64,000 nt of DNA from an uncultured Chloroflexia bacterium (GTDB taxonomy: Bacteria > Chloroflexota > Limnocylindria > Limnocylindrales > CSP1-4), in contig CAVVYR010000006.1 in the NCBI GenBank assembly GCA_963752475.1, positions 288,001-352,000 of the forward strand, in the 5' to 3' direction. Positions 58,330 through 64,000 of the stretch are shown one piece after another. A program made the position numbers and the translations under genes. Each line of letters begins with the position of its first letter. Position 1 is the stretch's first letter. The notes beneath the pieces are model-generated. The model was not told the origin of the DNA, searched no databases, and saw only the letters and a program-made list of their open reading frames with translations.

Positions 58330-60528
58330 CTACTCCTCGTCGCTCTCGTCGGCCGGGGCGTCCTCGCTACCGGGCACGGTCTCGGCGGCGATGAGCAGCT
58401 CCTGCAAGGACTCGATCTGCTCGGCGATGTTGCCGAAGCCGAACTCGGTGAAGAACGAGGTGGCCGCGAAGTTGCCCGACTCGTCGAAGACGGTGATGGA
58501 TTGGCTGCCTTCGCTCGTGATGGGCATGTAGATCGTCGCCGTGAAGCCGCCGTCCATGTTGGTGCGCAGCGTCGAGATGGTGCTGTCACCCAGCTGGACG
58601 AAGACATCCAGGTCGGGCTGGAAGTCGAAGCCCTGCAGGGTCACCTGCTGGCCGCCCGGTCCCGATGGCGGGTTGATGAAGATCTCCGGTGAGTCGACAG
58701 CCTCGGTACGAGCCACGGCGATCTTCTGGTTGATGGGGCCGAACTCACCGAGGCGGGCATCGGGCCAGGCCATGTGCACGTCGTCCTCGGTGGCGGTGAG
58801 GCTGAAGTAGTCGCCGATGAAGCGGCCGCCCGGGAAGGCGAAGTTGGCGTTGCTGCCGAAGTCGGTAACGCGTGTGTCGCCCACCGACAGCCCCAGCTCC
58901 TCGTTGGTGAAACCGAAGGTCTCGCCCTGGTCGTCCGAGCGGGTGTAGTAGATGTGATAGCGGATCTGGGCGGGGTCGTCGCGCATATCGCCCCACATCG
59001 CGTGCACCGCGCCGTCCTCGGCGACATCGATCGACGGGAACATCTGCACGTGGTCGGTGTCGTCGTCATTGAGCACCTGTGGGCGGTCCCAGGTCTGGCC
59101 GCCGTCGAGCGACTTGGTCAGGAACACGTCGCCATCGTCGTTGGGCTTGTCCGAGGGCCGGCCTACGTAGCTGATGTAGACCTCGCCGTCGGGGCCGGAG
59201 GCGATCTGCGGGAAGGACGAGGCCCAGAAGCGGAAGCTGGCGGTGCGCGGACGGAACTCGGTCTCGTTGAAGACCGAGGCCACGACCGGGTCCGTCCAGG
59301 TGTCTCCGGCGTCCGTGCTGGTGGCCACCTGGATCTCGCCGATGCCCTCCTGGGAGTCATCGTCGGTGCTGTCCATCCAGGCCACGTGCACGGTGCCGTC
59401 CGCGGTCACCTCCGGCTGGCTGCCCTGCACCACGCGCAGGGTGCCGAAGACGCTCGAGGTGCCGGTGTCGTCACCACGCTCGCCGTAGGAGCGGCGCACG
59501 ACCGGGCTCACGGCCACGGGGTCGGTCCAGGTCAGGCCACCGTCCTCGGACTTGACCAGCTCGATGCTGGTGCGCATCTCGGTCGGCAGCAGGTTGGGGA
59601 TCTCGCCGATGTAGAGGATCTCGTAGCTCAGGTCGAAGTTCGTGTAGGTCACGTAGATGACGTCGGTCTCGGGCTCATCGGGATGCGGGCCCACGGCCAT
59701 CCAGGGCTTGTCCAGGAAGCTGATGTCGACGATGCCGCGGAGGCGGCCGAAGCGGTCGGTCTCGAGGCCGTCGGTGTCGACCGTGCTGCGCGCGGACGAG
59801 ATCTGTGTGGGCCAGGTGAAGCCGTCGTCTTCCGACTTGGCTACGGCGATGCTCGAGACCTGCGCCGCGACCTCGATGGGACCCAGGTTGAACTCGTCGA
59901 TGCCGATGGAGATGTAGTTCATGTAGACGTTGCCGTCGCGATCGAAGGCGATGACCGGGTCACCACCGGCGCCGAGATCCTTGAGCAGGTAGGGCACCTG
60001 GTTGGGGCCCTCCCAGCGCTCGCCACCGTCGAAGCTGACATACGCCGACATCGAAGGGAAGGCGTAGTCGATGACGCCGAGCACGAGGTGCTCGGGATCT
60101 TCGGGGTTGGCCTCGATGTGCGGCTCGGTCTGGAATGGGGCCTGACCGAAGTCGCGGGTCACGAGGATGTTGCGGGAGAAGGCGGGGCCGGGATCGCGGA
60201 ACGGCACCGGCGCACCAGCACCGGCGGCCTGCGTCCGGTCGGAGGAGGCATCGACGCCGAGGCCCGGGCCCAACAGCTGTTCGGTGTCGGCCACCGCCGC
60301 TGCGCTGGGATCACCGCCGCCCGCGGCCATCAGCCAGGCCTGGCCCGAGAGCACGCCGCTGGCCGGACCGAGCAGGTCCATGGGCTCGGCGCCGATGAGC
60401 GGGATGACGTTGGACGGATCATGGCCCAGCGGGTTCTCCTCCTCGGCCGCGGCCGGTACCGAGATGCTGAGGGACAGGGCCAGTGAGGCGCCGAGCGCGA
60501 GGCGCCACGACGTGCGACGAGCGGTCAT
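58330..60528 (-). CDS. Secreted BNR/Asp-box beta-propeller (sialidase-like) protein
   Basis: Six Asp boxes: SFDGGERW, SEDDGFTW, SEDGGLTW, STDAGDTW, SLDGGQTW, SDDQGETF; FIGDY. Confidence 0.85.
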   Translation of the reverse strand: MTARRTSWRLALGASLALSLSISVPAAAEEENPLGHDPSNVIPLIGAEPMDLLGPASGVLSGQAWLMAAGGGDPSAAAVADTEQLLGPGLGVDASSDRTQAAGAGAPVPFRDPGPAFSRNILVTRDFGQAPFQTEPHIEANPEDPEHLVLGVIDYAFPSMSAYVSFDGGERWEGPNQVPYLLKDLGAGGDPVIAFDRDGNVYMNYISIGIDEFNLGPIEVAAQVSSIAVAKSEDDGFTWPTQISSARSTVDTDGLETDRFGRLRGIVDISFLDKPWMAVGPHPDEPETDVIYVTYTNFDLSYEILYIGEIPNLLPTEMRTSIELVKSEDGGLTWTDPVAVSPVVRRSYGERGDDTGTSSVFGTLRVVQGSQPEVTADGTVHVAWMDSTDDDSQEGIGEIQVATSTDAGDTWTDPVVASVFNETEFRPRTASFRFWASSFPQIASGPDGEVYISYVGRPSDKPNDDGDVFLTKSLDGGQTWDRPQVLNDDDTDHVQMFPSIDVAEDGAVHAMWGDMRDDPAQIRYHIYYTRSDDQGETFGFTNEELGLSVGDTRVTDFGSNANFAFPGGRFIGDYFSLTATEDDVHMAWPDARLGEFGPINQKIAVARTEAVDSPEIFINPPSGPGGQQVTLQGFDFQPDLDVFVQLGDSTISTLRTNMDGGFTATIYMPITSEGSQSITVFDESGNFAATSFFTEFGFGNIAEQIESLQELLIAAETVPGSEDAPADESDEE

Positions 60529-60564
60529 CGTTCTCCTTGTCGAGTCGGGGATCGGTGGTCCGGC

Positions 60565-61227
60565 CTAGCGGACGCGGTCGAGGATGGTGAGCAGGCTGTC
60601 GAGGCGGTTGGCCACGGTCATGAGGGCTTCCGATCGGAGCTCCTCGAACGAGGAGTCGAAGGCGTTGGCGCCGGATTCGACGTAGGCCGCAGTGAAGTCG
60701 GCGCTCGAGTCGAACTCGCCGAAGCGCCAGTCGAGGAAGGCTGGCGCCGCCTCGTCCACGCGGTCCACCAGCTGGCCCAGACGCTGCGGGTCCGATGAGA
60801 GGGCCAGGGTGCGGATGCGCGCGAGCTGGCCCTCGGCCTCCGAGCGTGTCTCGGGCATCTGCTTGCGCAGCTCGAAGAGCAGCTGGCGATCGGACTCGAT
60901 GGGGTCGTAGAGGTCGCCGAAGCGTTCGATGGAAGAGACCAGTCGGTCACGGTCGGCCGAGAGCGCATCGATCGAGGCCTGAAGGTCGGCATTGCTCGCG
61001 CTCAGCTGGTCGTTGGCCAGGCTGAGATCCTCGACGAGCGTGCGCAGTTCGTCGACGCTCGTGGTCGCGGCGACGTCGGTCATCGCATCGGAGTCGACCT
61101 CTGCGATCCCGGTGTCCATGGCCGTCACGCCAGCGGGGACCAGCATGAGGCCGCTCAGTAGCGTGGCGGCGACGAGTCCGCGTAGGCGGCGGTGGGGGAG
61201 CTGCTGCATCAGCATCGGTCGAGGCAC
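60565..61227 (-). CDS. Secreted coiled-coil hypothetical protein (first gene of the opp operon)
   Basis: GGAGAGG RBS; signal peptide; heptad repeats LSLANDQLSASNADL. Confidence 0.75.
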   Translation of the reverse strand: MPRPMLMQQLPHRRLRGLVAATLLSGLMLVPAGVTAMDTGIAEVDSDAMTDVAATTSVDELRTLVEDLSLANDQLSASNADLQASIDALSADRDRLVSSIERFGDLYDPIESDRQLLFELRKQMPETRSEAEGQLARIRTLALSSDPQRLGQLVDRVDEAAPAFLDWRFGEFDSSADFTAAYVESGANAFDSSFEELRSEALMTVANRLDSLLTILDRVR

Positions 61228-61393
61228 CTCTCCGGAATGCGGGTCCGGGGCTGGGCATTCCCGGTCTAGGGGGCCATCACATAGCGCAACGGTCCGATTT
61301 CGGGCGAGCCTACACCCATGGGGCGGAAAGCGCTGTCAGCTTGGTCGCGGTCGGATGACGATCACGCCTCATGCGGTCCGTTGGGGTGGAAGG

Positions 61394-61783
61394 TCAATCG
61401 TGGAAGCCCGGTCGCAGCACCAGGACGAGGAAGCCGAAGGCGGCCGAGATGATGGCCGAGTCGAAGGCGGCAGGGTCGTCGAGGCCGAGCGTGAGCGCAT
61501 CCGAGTAGGTCAACGCGGCCAGGATGAAGATGGCCAGCGTGAGGGCGGCCCACAGCGTGATGGCGATGTCGAAGCGTCGACGCAGGAGCATCAGTGCGCC
61601 GCTCGTGAGCAGCACCGCGGGGAAGATCCAGCCGGTCGGGAAGAGCGCGGCATCGATGCCGATGAAGAGCCAGGCAACACCCACGAGCAGGCCGAGCGCG
61701 AGGTAGACGACCCCGGCGCCACGCACGACCGCGGCCCACGACGAGGACGGCGGGCGAGGGGGTGGAGCGCTCAGTTCGGACAT
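61394..61783 (-). CDS. Four-TM hypothetical membrane protein
   Basis: Four hydrophobic segments; TAGGAT 7 nt upstream of ATG. Confidence 0.7.
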   Translation of the reverse strand: MSELSAPPPRPPSSSWAAVVRGAGVVYLALGLLVGVAWLFIGIDAALFPTGWIFPAVLLTSGALMLLRRRFDIAITLWAALTLAIFILAALTYSDALTLGLDDPAAFDSAIISAAFGFLVLVLRPGFHD

Positions 61784-61831
61784 CGGGCCTATCCTATCGG
61801 CCCTCACGTCGTCGCTTCCGAGGTCTGATCA

Positions 61832-63127
61832 TTGCGCTTCGTCCTGAACCGCCTTGCCCGTGTCATCGCTGCCGTCAGTCTGGCCATGGTACTGGCGGTT
61901 CCGGGGGTGGTCGCACAGGAGGACGAGGTCTCGTTCATGGTCTTCGGCGACCCTGCCGAGCTCGCGGCCTACCAGTCGCTCGCGGCCGCGTTCGAAGAGG
62001 CCTATCCGGACATCGAGCTCGAACTCATCCACATCCCCTCGGCCTCGGACTACCGGGCGCGGCTGGGAGTGGATTTCGCTGCCGGAGACCCCGCGGACGT
62101 GGTGCTCATCAACTACCGCCGCTACGCCCCCTTCGCGGCCATGGGTGCGCTGGAGCCGCTGGCGCCGTACCTGCGTGCGAGCGACGTCATCGGCGAGAGC
62201 GACTTCTTCGGGGTCGCCACCGATCCGTTCAAGTGGCGTGGCCAGCTGCTGTGCATCCCCCAGAACATCAGCAGCCTCGTCGTCTACTACAACCGGGCGC
62301 TCTTCGACGAGGCCGGCCTGCCATATCCGGAGGATGACTGGACGCAGGCCGAGTTCCTCGAGACGGCCAAGGCGTTGACGCGCGATACCGATGGCGACGG
62401 TGAGGTCGATCAGTACGGCCTCGGCACCGAGCCCTCGATCTTCCGTCTGGCGCCGTTCGTGTGGGGGGCCGGCGGGGAGTTGGTGGTGCTGGAGTCCGGG
62501 CTGCGGCCGATCCGCCTGGCGCTCGACTCACGGGCCGCGCGCGAGGCCGTCGAGTGGTTCGTCGAGCTGCAGACCGTGCACGGCGTCGTGCCCGACGCGG
62601 TCGCCGAGACCGCCGAATCGAGTGAGAGCCGCTTCCTCAACGGGCGCACGGCGATGTTCCTGAACTCGCGCCGAGGCACGCCCACCGCGCGGGCCGTGGA
62701 CGGGCTCGACTGGGACGTGGCGGCGCTGCCGATCGCGGTCGAACCGGCGAGCATCCTGCACTCGGACGCCTACTGCATGGCCGCGGCGACCGAGGACAAG
62801 GACGCGGCCTGGACGTTCATCGAATACGCCAACTCGCCGGAGGGACAAGCCATCGTGGCCGGATCGGGCCGGACGGTGCCCTCGCTCAAGGCCGTGGCCT
62901 CGTCGGAGGCCTTCCTCGATCCGTCCGCGTCTCCGGCCAACAGCGCGGTCTGGCTCGAGACCGTCGACACGCTCAGGACCGTGCCGGTCATGGCAGCCTG
63001 GGTCGACATCGAGGAGCTCACCGGGGACGAGCTGGAGCGGGCGTTCTACGGCCAGGCGTCGGTGGACGAGGTCATCGACGCGATGATCGCGCGCACGGCC
63101 CCGTTCTTCGCGGGCGAGGAAGGCTAG
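61832..63127 (+). CDS. Sugar ABC transporter substrate-binding protein
   Basis: Signal peptide; FEEAYPDI, VYYNRALFDEAG, FLNGRTAM, WDVAALP, AAWTFIEY. Confidence 0.9.
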   Translation: MRFVLNRLARVIAAVSLAMVLAVPGVVAQEDEVSFMVFGDPAELAAYQSLAAAFEEAYPDIELELIHIPSASDYRARLGVDFAAGDPADVVLINYRRYAPFAAMGALEPLAPYLRASDVIGESDFFGVATDPFKWRGQLLCIPQNISSLVVYYNRALFDEAGLPYPEDDWTQAEFLETAKALTRDTDGDGEVDQYGLGTEPSIFRLAPFVWGAGGELVVLESGLRPIRLALDSRAAREAVEWFVELQTVHGVVPDAVAETAESSESRFLNGRTAMFLNSRRGTPTARAVDGLDWDVAALPIAVEPASILHSDAYCMAAATEDKDAAWTFIEYANSPEGQAIVAGSGRTVPSLKAVASSEAFLDPSASPANSAVWLETVDTLRTVPVMAAWVDIEELTGDELERAFYGQASVDEVIDAMIARTAPFFAGEEG

Positions 63128-63142
63128 GGCACACTGCCCTCG

Positions 63143-64000
63143 ATGAACTCCTGGCGAGCCGGCCTGTGGGCCATGCTGCTGCCGTACCTGCTGGGCACGC
63201 TCGTGCTGGTGGGTCTGCCGGCGCTGATGTCCGGGGTCCTCGCGTTCACGACCTACGACGCGCTGACGCCGCCGGTCTACGTCGGCTTCGCCAACTTCCG
63301 CCTCCTCGCGGCCGACCCCATCGTGGGCCAGGCCTTGGCCAACTCGCTCTTCTTCATCCTGCTGGCGGTGCCGCTGCGCATCGTCGGTGCCTTGGGCCTG
63401 GCCCTGCTGCTCCGCCGACCGCGTCGCGGCGGCGGTGCCTATCGAGCGGCGGTGTACGTGCCCACGGTCATCCCGGAGGTGGCCTTCGCGCTCATCTGGC
63501 TGTGGATCTTCAATCCGGTCTTCGGGCCGGTCAACGTGGCGCTCGAGGCGCTGGGGTTGCCCACGCCCGGCTGGCTGGCCGACGCCGATACCGCGCGGTT
63601 CCCGTTCGTGATCATGGCCGCCTTCGTCATCGGGGAGGGCTTCGTGGTGCTGCTGGCCGCGCTACGCGGGCTCTCGCAGGAGGTCTACGACGCGGGCGCG
63701 GTCGATGGCGCCGGCCGCTGGGCGGCGTTCCGCTACCTGACGTTCCCGCTGCTGCTGCCTTGGCTGGCGCTGCTCACCGCCCGTGACGTCGTGCTCAGCT
63801 TCCAGTGGACCTTCACACCCTCGTTCGTGATGACCGGTGGCGACCCCTACTACGCCACCATGTTCCTGCCGCTGCTGACGTACGAGGAGGCCTTCGACCG
63901 CTTCCGCTTCGGCGCGGGCTCAGCGCTGATGCTGCTGACGTTCCTGCTGTCGGTGGCCATCATCGGCGGCATCTACCTGCTCTTCCGCCGCCGCGGCTAC
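63143..64000 (+). CDS. Sugar ABC transporter permease (runs off window)
   Basis: Manual translation from ATG 63143: VGFANF, NSLFF, YRAAVYVP, YDAGAVDGAG, ITFP-like LTFPLL. Confidence 0.88.
   Translation, partial: MNSWRAGLWAMLLPYLLGTLVLVGLPALMSGVLAFTTYDALTPPVYVGFANFRLLAADPIVGQALANSLFFILLAVPLRIVGALGLALLLRRPRRGGGAYRAAVYVPTVIPEVAFALIWLWIFNPVFGPVNVALEALGLPTPGWLADADTARFPFVIMAAFVIGEGFVVLLAALRGLSQEVYDAGAVDGAGRWAAFRYLTFPLLLPWLALLTARDVVLSFQWTFTPSFVMTGGDPYYATMFLPLLTYEEAFDRFRFGAGSALMLLTFLLSVAIIGGIYLLFRRRGY

Noticed and set aside
56236-58692. 818-aa plus-strand ORF and similar long ORFs (28520-30736, 15230-16933, 58774-60486)
   Set aside because: Antisense shadow frames of well-supported minus-strand genes.

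Overview
High-GC bacterial chromosomal segment. Gene content and style suggest Chloroflexota, possibly a Limnocylindria-like lineage (inference, not verified). Four single-base frameshifts look like long-read assembly errors. Housekeeping and metabolic blocks: pheA, Zn-ADH, cyclophilin, GGDEF-EAL, moaD-moaE fusion, CoA-transferase pair, aminotransferase plus aldehyde dehydrogenase, SbcD/SbcC-like pair, modAB, oxidative pentose phosphate cluster (tkt-pgi-zwf-opcA-pgl), pfkB-psuG, flotillin-NfeD, an archaeal-style peptide ABC operon led by an Asp-box propeller protein and interrupted by a 5'-truncated IS110, and a sugar ABC operon running off the end. Main leads: (1) a secreted protein with seven AF[LIP]K repeats followed by an NPPF-type SAM methyltransferase with a C-terminal PqqD/winged-helix-like segment, a candidate new peptide or surface-protein methylation system; (2) three divergent, colinear 241-bp intergenic elements built from inverted and direct 38-39-bp palindromic modules; (3) three Tad minor-pilin cassettes, two of them tandem paralogues with swapped low-complexity stalks and structured leaders; (4) an S41 protease homologue lacking both catalytic residues. 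No rRNA, tRNA or CRISPR array was found.
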